A stretch of 63,966 bases of DNA, counting the filler, from Rhabdomonas costata (Eukaryota), in NCBI GenBank assembly GCA_019059605.1. It is 50 parts of 50 records of this genome, joined end to end, with 100 filler letters (N's around TTAATTAATTAA, not from the genome) between each part and the next. Parts side by side here need not be neighbours in the genome. Positions count along the whole stretch, not along the records: positions 46,138 to 47,318 come from JAHMHO010024723.1; positions 47,419 to 48,599 come from JAHMHO010024724.1; positions 48,700 to 49,881 come from JAHMHO010024725.1; positions 49,982 to 51,162 come from JAHMHO010024726.1; positions 51,263 to 52,443 come from JAHMHO010024727.1; positions 52,544 to 53,724 come from JAHMHO010024728.1; positions 53,825 to 55,005 come from JAHMHO010024729.1; positions 55,106 to 56,286 come from JAHMHO010024730.1; 42 more parts are not named here. One strand, given 5' to 3'. Each line of letters begins with the position of its first letter. The first letter of the stretch is position 1. The translations under genes were made by a program, and so were the position numbers. Shown in pieces: positions 46,799 to 58,980 of the stretch. Under the pieces are notes generated by a model. That model was not told the DNA's origin and searched no databases. It was given only the letters and a program-made list of their open reading frames with translations.

Positions 46799-48699
46799 CG
46801 TCAAGGCAAAACCAAGCTCGTGTGTTCTTGAGGAAACGGGGGGAGTTTGAAGCGGTTGCACTGAATTTTTGGTCGAGAAAGAAGAAGGAAGTGCTCTTGC
46901 TCAGAATGTGCCACCCACGTCTCTGAACTACCCGAAGGATCGCGATCGAATCGTGCGGGCGTCCTTCAACAATTTGTTTAAGAGTCAGACTGTCTTATGG
47001 CCCTTGATTGCCCCTTTGTTTGCTGTTTGCTAGGTAAGCTTCGACTTTCTCGCTGTGCTTCTTCTCGAACTTCTTTTGAGGGAAAGAAGAAGTGTCTGAA
47101 GAGACCGGGGGATTGGCTTTAACGTGTTAACCGCCAATGACGGAAGTTCCCCCGGTGACCGCCGCCTTGGGGGAGCGGGAAGGTTTCACGGAGAGGGACC
47201 AGCAGTACCCCCCGGACATCACCTCTGGCGCAGACTACCTCCTCGCCAAGCCGCATGCCGATTACGGGTGCAAGTGGTCCCCCTAACGCCTGCCCCTCGC
47301 CCTCAGTCCAAGCCCCCTNNNNNNNNNNNNNNNNNNNNNNNNNNNNNNNNNNNNNNNNNNNNTTAATTAATTAANNNNNNNNNNNNNNNNNNNNNNNNNN
47401 NNNNNNNNNNNNNNNNNNCAAAGTCATGCACAATTCAAAGCCATCCGCAGTATCGAAATAGGAAGCACATGCGCAATCACACCCAAACAAAACAGACAGA
47501 CACACTCACAACCATCGTGGCAACAGCCCAAACCAGCTACCACAGCAGCGCAAACGCACACGCAGTAATCAGGAAGCCGGCCCTTCTGAAGGGCCCCCGT
47601 GTTCAGCCCAAATGAGCCGGAGGAAGGTCAGTTAACAGCAAAGGTGTAGATCTCGAAGCAGCTTCCATCGATGTTGGCAGAAAGCTTGCAGGAGCCCGCC
47701 TCCAGTCGGACCCTGCCACACCTGCACACGAAAGAGAGTCGATGCCTAATCCAGATACGAAGCACGCCGGTAGCTTGGGGAAATCATTTGCGGCAACTGA
47801 AGCTCGCATGCATAACACGAAGAGGTCGCCCCATTCCATAGCACACTGCATGGGGCAGTCCTTTGACGACAACAAAGTCCGCAACCGTTTTTTGGGGCAA
47901 AATTGCCTGAAAAGGGAAAGCACCACTGAGAAAAAGGGAACAACCAACAAAGTCACCACCACTTAATCTGCTTTCCGCTCGGAATTACTCTCCCTTGTGG
48001 GGCAGGAAGTAAAATAGTGGCTGACTACTGGCGCCTCACATTCAACCAGGTGAAACATGATCTAGCTGGGGTTGGGCACAGTATAATTAATTGATCCCCT
48101 TTTTGATCCCTTCCTTTGGCCTTTTTCTGCATTTCTCAGCATCTGCTGAGCTACATTACACACAAAACAATGCTGCATGATCAGTACAGGTTTTTCCAGG
48201 GTTACGGAAAAGATCTGGTCACCAAAACCACAGAACCGCGGAACCCAAAACCGTCTGGGTTCCATCGGGAAATTAAAGAGAGGGGACGGGTTGCGCACTC
48301 ACCAGAGGGTAGGCCTCTTCCGGCTCCTCTCGAGGTACAGCAGCTCGCTCCCGGACAGCACCGCCACCCCGGACACCGAAGAGGGCTGCGGCACCTCTAC
48401 CACAAACTCCGTGAAGTCCCTGCGGTGAAGCACATCGCCCCTCATTTTTAACGCGCCTCTTCGCACAGATGACACACAAACGTGAAAAAAGAAGCAATAT
48501 TCAACGTAATCAAACTCAGGAGATGCGCGGTACTATCGTTGCGTTAAAGAAGGACGATCATGTACATCTTTGTGTTCGTCTTTATCCCCCCCCCAACAAN
48601 NNNNNNNNNNNNNNNNNNNNNNNNNNNNNNNNNNNNNNNNNNNTTAATTAATTAANNNNNNNNNNNNNNNNNNNNNNNNNNNNNNNNNNNNNNNNNNNN

Positions 48700-49730
48700 G
48701 GTGGGTGGGGTGGGCTTCTGCTCCGCTGGTTTATTGTCTTGCAGCCCCATTGCGTGGGGCTTGATTAGCCTTCCAGCCATTCGGAATACGTCAGACGCAG
48801 GTAGGGCGTGGATCTCGTAGGTGATCTCACGCCTAACGATCTTAACTTGGCGCTTTCTCCAATCCACCCAAGTTTGATGTCGGTGGAGAAAGGTGTATCC
48901 CAAAACTACGGGAATGGTGGTGGAAATCACACGGAAGAACAGATGCACAGGCATTTTTCCCAGCACGGCGGACACTCTGACAAAGTTGTCGACCACCAAG
49001 GTGGTTCCTTTAGCGACTCTGACTGACATCAACTGCTTCAGACGCTTGCGCTGTAGTTGCAGTTCAGTGACCAGGGATTCGCTCATAAAGCAATCTGAAG
49101 CTCCTGATTCCAACAGGGCGGGCACTACATGTTTCCCAAAGGTAAGCGGTAGGAACAATAGTGGCCTCGGCGGGGGGTTCTGATCCTTCTTCAATGGAAA
49201 CGTCAACGTGACCACGCTCAGGAAACAAAGCCGTCAGCGTTAGTTCTTTGGGAACAAAACCGGTAGTGGTTGCAAAATAAAAGGGGGATTGGTAAAAAGA
49301 AGAATAATCCGGTAGTGTTAGCATTCCTGGTCGATCTCCCAGCGTTACCTGCTCAAAACCTTTCTCCCTCACGCTTGTCTTCTGTATGTGTGACTCGTGC
49401 ACCTCCACGTTATCACTCCTACTTACCATACTGGTACTACTATCCCTCACTGGCGGTCGCAACACACGATCCGTCATCGCCGGCTTCCTGTGCTGCTTCG
49501 CTGTCCGCAACACACGTGGCAGCGGCGTAGCATCGCCCAGCAGAGGCGCAGACCGCATCGCACGTGACTGTGGCTCCGGATGGCTTCCAGGCTTTGATCC
49601 CACGACTGCGTCTCGCACGTCGGTCGGGGGGTCTGTGGTCGGCGGGTTACTGCCATCACCTGCTGACCGCATCGCACGTGACAGCAAGTTTGGATTGCTT
49701 GACAGGGGCACTGACCGCATCTCACGTGAC
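48700..49730 (-). mobile_element. Ty3/Gypsy-like gag-protease fragment (retropepsin with catalytic Asp replaced by Glu)
   Basis: ALLESGASDCFMS...VRVAKG...VVLGYTFL......VDWRKRQVKI is the retropepsin fold pattern (LLDSGA...LG..FL...IDW). The upstream ORF 49064-49720 is in another frame. Confidence 0.8.
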
Positions 49731-50063
49731 AGTGACTCTGTGTCGCGGTTGGACGGGGTTCCACAACGGCGTAACGCACTTCAATTGAAGTTCCCTCAGT
49801 GGTGGCAGTCTCGCAACGCACGATGACTGTCGTTTGGTCGAAATCTTTTTGAGTTGACGCATCAGACGTAATGGGTGCAACNNNNNNNNNNNNNNNNNNN
49901 NNNNNNNNNNNNNNNNNNNNNNNNNTTAATTAATTAANNNNNNNNNNNNNNNNNNNNNNNNNNNNNNNNNNNNNNNNNNNNGGGTTTTTTTATGTCTGTG
50001 TCATTTTCGTCCTCTTGCACAAGGTACCGCCCTAGGTTATGGTTGCTTTTTCTATCTGCAAAG

Positions 50064-51143
50064 CTATGACAGTCGCAAGCTGGAGGGGATGTGCAGCCGA
50101 TTTACGGAATCCCGGGGGAGCCACTTCTGCATCATGGGCACAGGCAAGCCTCTCGTGGAGGAGGAGAATCTCCTCAAGGTGTGTGAGCGGGGGGGGTGTC
50201 TGCACGTGAGCCAGGTGTGAGGTTTCCTAAGAACGTCCACCCAGCAGAAGACTGGTGATTCGTACCCCCGAGAAGCGGCATAGAACTGAAGAACGCGGTT
50301 TTCCACGCGCAGCAGGGGTTGTTGGGGTGTGGGAAGAATGCTATCTACGGACTACAAGTCCGGATGCAGGTCCGCATTGAGACCCTCGGGCAGTCGTAAA
50401 CTCTCACCAAATATTGATCCCCGTCCATCCTGATTAGCTCAGTCGCGGTTGCAATACGGTTGTCGTGCCCCTTTGCGAGGATAGCACTATGGTTCTAGCC
50501 GAGGCAATGTGGTGCTTTTCTCCTCCCGCCCTCGTGAAGGCCCATGAAAAACTGGAGGCGGGCCGAAGACGATTGGATAGGAACTTACTGAAACCCCCAG
50601 CGGCAACGACGATGATGAGGAATTCTTGTAGCCGTGCCAGACGATTTTTGCTTTGTTTCGTGCGCCTTCTGTCTAGGACGGGCCAAAACCAAGCCTGCCG
50701 TGTCTTCGCGCAATGGTTGTGCACATGACGAGTCCGTCTTTTGGTGTTCCCCTTGTTTTTTTCTTGGGAAGACTAGAGCATTGTGTGGTGTGGTGGGCCT
50801 CAGGTGATCTGCCTGGCGTTCATCCGGAGGGGGTTCCAGCACATCTCCTTCGCCTTCGAGGGTTTCCAGGCCCTGGTGCCATACATCATCTCCAAGCAGA
50901 TCGAGTTCGTGCGCACCGTGGACAACGGCCCCCCGGCCTCCTCCTCGGCATCCTCCTCCTCGAGCACTACCGGCAAAGCCCCTGCACCTCATGCTCCCTC
51001 CACGTCTGCTGCCTCTTCTGCTGCTGCTCCGGCGGCAGCGCCCTCAGCGGCGCGTGGGGTGTCCCCTCCGAAGAGCCTACCCCTTTCCAAGGCCACTGCA
51101 GCGGTCTCTGAGATGAAGGCCACAGGGACAAAGTGGCTGTCAG
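50064..51143 (+). CDS. TBC1D23-like rhodanese domain, two exons (~50064-50178, 50804-~51143)
   Basis: Spliced translation GSHFCIMGTGKPLVEEENLLK|VICLAFIRRGFQHISFAFEGFQAL resembles TBC1D23 HLCFMGSG.EEED....MVLA.FLQK...YVS.A.GGF.AL. A Ser/Ala-rich linker follows. Confidence 0.7.
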
Positions 51144-51262
51144 GTTTCCTCCCCACACAAACNNNNNNNNNNNNNNNNNNNNNNNNNNNNNNNNNNNNNN
51201 NNNNNNTTAATTAATTAANNNNNNNNNNNNNNNNNNNNNNNNNNNNNNNNNNNNNNNNNNNN

Positions 51263-52443
51263 GCTTTGGAACTTGGACACTAGGAAGGAGGAACGCACCC
51301 TTCTTGGACATACCAGTGCTGTGAGGGCTCTCGCCTTGACTTCAGATGGAAAATACGTTGTTAGCGGCAGTAGCGACATGACTGTTAAGGCATGGAACCT
51401 CATTACGGGAAAGGAGCTGTGCACCTTTCAGGGACACAGCAATTGCGTCAGAGCGGTCGCTGTGTCCTGCAATGACAAGCTCGTGGTTAGCGGCAGTGAC
51501 GATAGAACCGTTAAGTTGTGGAACTTCGACACAGGGAAGGAGCTGCGCACACTGTATGGTCACAGTCTGGGCGTCCACGCCACTGTTCTGACCCCTGATG
51601 GGAAGAACATCATCAGTGGCAGTGAGGACGAGACCATTAAAGTGTGGAACTTCGATATCGGAAAAGAGGAGCGCATTCTTGAAGGGCACACCAATCCCAT
51701 CAGGGCAGTTGCGGTTACGATAGATGGAATGCACATTATCAGCGCCAGCGAGGACACCACCATCAAAGTGTGGAACCTTGATACAGGTAAAATGGAGCGC
51801 TCTCTTGAGGGTCATCGCAGCTTCGTGAATGCGGTCGTTTTGGCATGCAATGGGAAGCACATCATCAGCGGCAGTGAGGACAAAACCATCAAGGTGTGGA
51901 ATCTCCATAAGGGGAGGGAGGAGCAGACCCTTGTGGGGCACACGGATGCCGTCCTGGCCTTGGCTTGTGGTGGAAATAGCATTTTCAGTGGCAGTGAAGA
52001 CAAAACCGTTAAGGTGTGGAACTTCGATACCGGGAGGGATATGTGCACTCTTCGGGGGCACAGTAATGCAGTAATGACGGTTGCCGTAACTTCAGATGTT
52101 AAGCACATCATAAGCGGAAGCATTGACAGGACCATCAAGGTGTGGAGCGTCGATACCGAAAAGCTTGAGCGTACCCTCGAGGGATCGAATGGTTTCTTGT
52201 TGGCTGTCGCTGTGACGTTCGATGGTAAGTATATTGTCAGCGGCAGCACGGACAAGACGGTCAAAGTATGGAATCTCGACACAGGGAGAGAAGAGTGCAC
52301 TCTCGAGGGGCACCGTAATCACGTCAAAGCCATCGCTGTGATCGATCAGCAGTACATTGTCAGCAGCAGTACAGACACGACCATCAAGGTGTGGAACATC
52401 CATACTGCGAAGGAGGTACTTACCCTTGAGGGACACAACAACA
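51263..52443 (+). CDS. WD40-repeat protein fragment: nine complete, highly similar ~42-aa repeats, intronless
   Basis: Repeated GH...V.AVA...DG..I.SGS.D.T.KVWN.DTG.E..TL across the whole contig. Confidence 0.97.
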
Positions 52444-54537
52444 NNNNNNNNNNNNNNNNNNNNNNNNNNNNNNNNNNNNNNNNNNNNTTAATTAATTAAN
52501 NNNNNNNNNNNNNNNNNNNNNNNNNNNNNNNNNNNNNNNNNNNGTGTTTGTTGGGCGCGACACGTATCGTTGCTCTTGTGTCGCGGAAAAGAGAAAGGTG
52601 GAATGAGTGATCTCATCAAACGAGTTGTTTTTATTCCAAGGGTACCTGAGATTATCCGCAGTATTAATTTGGTGTAATCTGTAGCCTTTTTGATGCGTTT
52701 GTGTAGGAAACCTGTGATAGAATGCTCCGAGGACAGAGTCTGCACTGTTGCACAGGTCACGGGATACTTATGAGAATTTAGTTTTTGCTCTGCATTGCCC
52801 TTGAGTGCGATGGCAGCTTGTGTCTGGCGGAATCGTCCGCAATGTGATTCGACGTAGTGGTCCTACAGGCGGCATTTTGTCCTGGTTTGGTTTTCCTTGA
52901 GCCTCGCTCGGCGCACCGCTCCTAGGTTTGATGATGCATGCGTGGCCGCTGCTCACACGGTAAGGGCTTGCGGCATGCAGCCCTTGTGTGGTGAACAGCA
53001 TTCCCTTTCTTACGACAGGGCTGTCGATGATTCCGGAAGGAACAAGAGAACAGCACAAAAGCACGTTTACGGGGACGAAGTGGGCGTCAAGCCACCGTTC
53101 CGATTGACCAAAGTTTTTTTTGGGGGCGGCCGGGCGGGCACCAAACAAAAAGTTATAATAAACAATGTGCTAAAGAAAACACCCGTCTCCTTCGGAAACT
53201 TGCGTTTCATCTTGCGCGCTAAGAGCACAAAAGCGGTAACGGGAACACAGACGGGAAAACCGAAGGTACCAGAAACGTTTGCAGGAGAAGCACCATCAAC
53301 ATTCAAGGATTATACGGAATATGCGCCCGCAAGACTTCGCACCAGCGGCGGGGTCGTGGCACGCATTCAATGGGGTGGCATGCCATCTTGTGGGTTATCG
53401 ATACCTCTGTTCCTGCATCTTGGGTGGATTTATGACTTTCGGTCTCGGTTAATTCTATCTAGGGCTTTTCCACCATTTTAACCACAGGGGATCATACTTT
53501 CACGCTTGGCGCCCTCCACTGAACATACCTGTGTGCATTTCGGTTTTGGTCTACCCTTTGGGCATCTCTAACGGGTCGCTGCGGGAATTTTGGCGTGGGT
53601 GATGTTGCGTCAGCTATGGGTTTTGTGTCTTCTTTTATCATTCCTGTCCGACTTTACACTCCAAGTTTGTATCCAGGTGTCGGCCTGCTGTATCGAGGGT
53701 TTGGTCTTGGTGCGACCACCAAAANNNNNNNNNNNNNNNNNNNNNNNNNNNNNNNNNNNNNNNNNNNNTTAATTAATTAANNNNNNNNNNNNNNNNNNNN
53801 NNNNNNNNNNNNNNNNNNNNNNNNGGTGTTTTTGATGTCATCAGAAACGGCAGCCCTTTGCCAGCGGCTTTCCGCAGTCCCCCCTCGTCATTTTCAAAAT
53901 GTTTTTCGAATAAGATTCGCGCGAGCCCAAGTTTATGGGCAAACCTGCTCATCCACCACCACGCCTTGCTGCGGGGATTGACCCTCCGCTCGGCCGAAGA
54001 CTGGGAGAATCCCCCCGAGGAGCCTCCCGGTGGTCCGCTCCCGGACGGCTGCGCGCGCTGGCTCTCCGTGCTGGCGGAGGCCCGCTGACGGCACTTTTCA
54101 GAGTAGAACTCGGCCGCCCGGCGGAAGCCTTCCGCACTGAAGCCCTGCTGGAAGCCCTGGCTGGGGCGGGGCCGACGTCCCTTTTTACGTGACGTTGGTT
54201 TCATCGCGAAACGCAAGGATTCGTATGGTTTCTAGTAAATTACTTTAGTCTTACGTAAAAAAAAATTGCCTCTCTCCAAAGGGACAAAACCTGCGCGATT
54301 CTTTCGAAAATGGCTGAAGCATGTGGGAAACCACACCACAGCAATATAGCCGGGTATGCTGCAGTGTGCGCCACTGCGACCCCTCAACACCAGCAACCCT
54401 TTATGTCACTCGGCAGAGTGGCAAGGAGAACAGTTGAATTGTGGGGATGAGGGGAGGGGGGGAGGTGGAGAAGGGAGGTGCTGGCTACTCAGCACCAAGC
54501 CCAAGCCCACCTCAACCCCTTCGCCGCGCACACAAAC

Positions 54538-54656
54538 CCTGGAGTCGTGGTCCTTGCGGACATCTTCGTGTGGCTTCGTCTTGGACATTTTGGGGTGCAG
54601 TGCCATGAGATAGTTGTACGCTTCGGTGATTCTTTGCATCCTCGCACACGTCCCAG
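54538..54656 (-). CDS. Probable exon with the J-domain (DnaJ) helix III
   Basis: CAG| ... |GTTTGT. GTCARMQRITEAYNYL resembles the (F/M)..I.EAY..L motif. The HPD motif is not in this exon. Confidence 0.45.
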
Positions 54657-55440
54657 CTGGTGGTGGAGAAAAAGTATAAGCCAATTTCATGGGAAGGCCA
54701 GTTTCATCATGCAATGTCAGTTACATTCAAATCCACTTCTTCCTCTTCCGCTGAATTGCAAAGATTACAATCACATTTAAGTAGGAGCTTGTTTTAAGGT
54801 CACCATCCTTGTGGGGGGAGTGTAAGTGAGGTGAAAGGGGTGAACTCTGGGTTGAGAAGCTGGATGATATAATGTCTTAATGGGCTTCAACGCGCTGGGT
54901 AATGACCCACACCACTCCACATTTTTCCCTTCTCCCTCCCTTCCCCTTCCCCTTCTCCTAAGACTCGCTTCTCTCTCTCATTTTTCTCTCTTTCTCTCTT
55001 TTTTGNNNNNNNNNNNNNNNNNNNNNNNNNNNNNNNNNNNNNNNNNNNNTTAATTAATTAANNNNNNNNNNNNNNNNNNNNNNNNNNNNNNNNNNNNNNN
55101 NNNNNGGTGGGGGTGGTTGAAAGCTGCATACCACGGACCAAAAGAAACATCGTGAAGTGACGGGAAATGCGACTGAGTACAAGTGTCCAGCAGTTTCCTC
55201 TACTTACAACTGAGGCCCCTCCATCTTCGATCCCGCCATATGTTCAGCGGAGGAAGCACACCTACCCTATGAAAACATTAGTGAGGAGTGAACATCCCCC
55301 ACGCACTCAGCGCAAAAACGTCCAGCCATCCACCACTCGCGCATACCACCTCTATCGCATGCTATTCCGCTCACCACTCGAAGCAGAGAGGTCTGAAGAG
55401 GGAGAAGGCGGGGACGGGCTGGGAGGGGGCGTCGGGGTAC

Positions 55441-56111
55441 CCAAATTGCTGGCAGTCAGGTGGCCTTTCACGGTACTGGTGCGGATGGCAACGACATCCG
55501 CGTTGAGATTGCGCAGCTGGGTTACCACAAACTCCTCCAGAGGAGGGTCCGCCCAGGACCCAGCCCAGGCCACGTGAACCGTGATGTTGGGCCGCGCCGC
55601 CACTGCGCCCAGCACCCAGGCCGAGATCTGCCGCGCCAACAAAAGAAGGGCAGCCGGCACTTCGAGCGCCAAACACATGGTCACAATGCTCATATATCCA
55701 ACGCTACCCAGACGGCAGGAGCGAAAATATACTCCGCTCGCCCTTTGCCTTGAAATGAGAAAACTGTGCGACGGACAGATAAGATGGACGGACAAGACCC
55801 CCGAAAAAGGCGGGGAGCGAGGGTAGTGACTTCCGACGGAACAGATGTAGTGGAAGAAAACTAACCTGCCGGTAGGTCTCAGGGATGGGCACCGGACCTA
55901 GCACCCCAAGCACTCCCGTCTGCGACGATAGCGCCGCCGCGTACCCCGCCAGATACATCGGCTGGTACAGCCGGGTATAACCCACCCCGAAGTTCGGCGT
56001 CGCCGTCTTCCACCCCGAGATGTGCAGGAATGTGGTGTTGGGGTACTGCGCCGCCGTTGCGATCATGCAGTCCTGGTACCCAAAGCTACAGCCCACGACT
56101 AGATCAAAGCC
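55441..56111 (-). CDS. BMP/PnrA-family (basic membrane protein) ligand-binding domain, two exons (55866-56111, 55441-55627)
   Basis: Spliced translation GFDLVVGCSFGYQD...YPNTTFLHISG...RLYQPMYLAG...PIPETYRQ|ISAWVLGA...PNITVHVAWAGSWADP..E...NADVVA. GT-AG phase-0 intron at 55628-55865. Confidence 0.88.
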
Positions 56112-56386
56112 CTGTGCGGCAGCACGACGGGTAAGAGAGGAAAATACCATTGGGAGTGGTGGAGGTTTCCAGAAGGAGGACCCCTGGGATGCGCACAACA
56201 GGGGAACCACTTGGGGATAAAAAACCTGTGACCGCACGTGTGAATGTGTCTTGGTTCTACAGGCACAGGGCAGAAGGCTGATATGTNNNNNNNNNNNNNN
56301 NNNNNNNNNNNNNNNNNNNNNNNNNNNNNNTTAATTAATTAANNNNNNNNNNNNNNNNNNNNNNNNNNNNNNNNNNNNNNNNNNNN

Positions 56387-57566
56387 CGGACGTGCAGTCT
56401 CCAGTCCGTAAGGATAGCTTGGCCAGGTGTACAGCCAAGAGGGAAGAAGAGCACGCAGTATCAACGCTTAAGCTGGGTCCCTTGAGCCCGAGAACGAAAG
56501 ACACACGATTCGCTGCTATTGAAAACGCTGATCCTGTGGAGCCGTGGGCACCCCGACGGCAATTGGGGTCCATCAATGCGAAATCATTGGAGCAAACTCC
56601 AAGAAATACACCAATTGGGCTTCCGATAAAGCCATCCTTGATATGCTTCTCCGGCTCGGAACAATGCACTGCACCAAAAGCCACTTCAAGGAAGAGCCGC
56701 TGAAGCGGATCCATCGAAGCTGCTTCCAAGGATGACAAGCCAAAGAAATCGAAATCGAACCATTCCAGTCCATGGATAAACCCACCCGTGCGAACATAGG
56801 AGCACCCGCGGGCTCCAACGTCGGAGGTGTAATTGGCGTCAATGTCAAAACGTTCGAAGGGAATGTCAACAATGCCGTCATGGCCGCTTTCCAGCATGTT
56901 GTAAAAGTGTTCTGGGGAGTCGCTGAAACCAGGAAACCTGCAGCTAACTCCGCTAACAAAAAGTTCACGCTGCGGGTGAGACCAGGCGATATCCACCACA
57001 TTTCGTCGTTCAGCTGCAGAACCTCCGCACAAGCTGCCTTCCAAATGGCGAACGATGGACTCAATTGTAGGAAAATCAAACACAAGGGTCGCGGAGACAG
57101 CGACAGAAGCCGGAAGCCTCCTTTGAAGAAGATTTCTGAACTCTACAGCTGAGATAGAATCCATTCCAGCATCCATCAAAGGACGCTTGGGTGATATGGA
57201 GAGTCCAGTGGCCTCCCAAGCGCAGCGAGCCACAAGATCTGCAAGGGCATGCTCAGCGAAACCAGGTGGTGGTGAAAAGGCCACAATGTCAGCCGCACCG
57301 CTGCATACACGCAGGGCCTCAACCCAAGCAGGAGCCCCTGCAACCGCGCCTCCATCCAGAAAAACCGTGCCAACAGCAACGTTCCCCAAAAGCAACATCC
57401 TCAACGATTCCAAAGCCAAAAAACAAGGAAGTTCAATCATCCAACCCCTAGAAAAAGACGATTTCAGACCAGCGCTGCGAGCAGCCATCCCAACCTCTGC
57501 CCACGGACCCCACTCAATGCTCACCGCCGAAAGCCCTTGCGCACGACGGTACTCCGCAAGCCCATC
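56387..57566 (-). CDS. Modular type I polyketide/fatty-acid synthase fragment: KR C-terminus, ACP, KS N-terminal half; intronless
   Basis: KR: DGLAEYRRAQGLSAVSIEWGPW. ACP: LMDAGMDSISAVEFRN...TLVFDFPT. KS: SCRFPG, MDPLQRLFLE, ANRVSF.LGLKGPS, catalytic DTACSSSL. Confidence 0.96.
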
Positions 57567-57833
57567 CNNNNNNNNNNNNNNNNNNNNNNNNNNNNNNNNN
57601 NNNNNNNNNNNTTAATTAATTAANNNNNNNNNNNNNNNNNNNNNNNNNNNNNNNNNNNNNNNNNNNNGGTGGTTTCCAGTGGGACTTCTCAGATTATCGA
57701 AGGCGATTCGCAGGAGGAGCTAACTTCCGCTGAAAGCTTCTTCTTTGAACCTTCCTCTCATCTCTTCCGAATAAATTTTGGAAAGGGTCGCCTTGTTTTT
57801 CCCTTGTGGTTTCCCAATTCTGTGCGTATGCAG

Positions 57834-58759
57834 AACCTGAAGGAGACGTATTCGCGGAGGAGCCAGTTTACCGCCGATCCGGCTCGGTTAGGTGGGTGCC
57901 CCCCTTCTCTCCGCTAGTATGATCAATCTATGTTTTGAGTTGTTTTTCACCGGTGCCTACGTTTATGTCTTCCTAGGAGCGTTCCTGTGTGAAGCCTGTG
58001 TGAATTATCATACGCCGTATTGCACGATGTGGTTCTTCTTCTTCTTCTTTTCCTTCTGTGAAGGTGTGAATGCGTTTCTAGTACAGTTCTGGCATAGTTC
58101 GGAAAATGGTAGTATCCAGTTTGGAAATGCCAAGGCTTCAAGTCTCAGGACCTGTCAGCTGACAATGGTGTTGTGTGTGCCTGAGCTGTGTGAGTGCCTG
58201 AGGTCCTTGGCTCTTTTCCATCACAGCGCGGGGGGCTTTTGACGACGAGGGGTCATCGCACGGTGATGGCCAGGTGGGTGGTCTTCAGGCCTACGCCGCG
58301 CCAGGAGGTCTGGTGGCCTTTTCTGCCATGTTGTGTGGGGGCGGGTTGTTTGCTGTCCGTTTATGTTTGTGGCGAGGGAGGGGGTGCTGCAGCCGAGTAC
58401 TTCAAGCAGCATGGGGGGAAGCCTTCCGGAACATTTCCGCGGTTCTTTTTGGGGAAACCTCGGCAACCAACCGACGCAGTTTCATAATAACAGATGCACA
58501 ACCTTCTGATAATGCCGGTACAGGCTTCCATCAAATCTTTCGCTGCTCCCCGAAACACGGTCATCGGCAACGGATGCCAACGGCTGCCAACGGATGACCC
58601 CCGCTTTCGCCCGACCAAAAAATAAATACCAGGTGGCCGGACGTACTTCCAGGCCCGCACTGACGCAGTACGGCAGGTCGAGGCGACAATCACGGAGCTG
58701 GGCGGGATGTTCCAGGAGTTCGCCCGAGTGGTGCAGGAGCAGGACGAGCTCATCCTCAG
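57834..58759 (+). CDS. STX5: Syntaxin-5/Sed5 Qa-SNARE, three exons (57834-57891, 58227-58307, 58633-58759)
   Basis: NLKETYSRRSQF...|...|GRTYFQARTDAVRQVEATITELGGMFQEFARVVQEQDELILR matches Stx5 (NLK....RR.QF; Y.Q.R......IE.TI.ELG..F). Intron phases are consistent. Confidence 0.88.
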
Positions 58760-58980
58760 GTCCACCCGCCCGTGCATTTTGATCCCCACCATCCTGACCA
58801 TTGCTCTGTTCACACATCGGTGCGCGGCTGAAAAAAAAACACCTNNNNNNNNNNNNNNNNNNNNNNNNNNNNNNNNNNNNNNNNNNNNTTAATTAATTAA
58901 NNNNNNNNNNNNNNNNNNNNNNNNNNNNNNNNNNNNNNNNNNNNCCATCTGTGTGTATGCTTATCCATGTGTCTGAGTAG

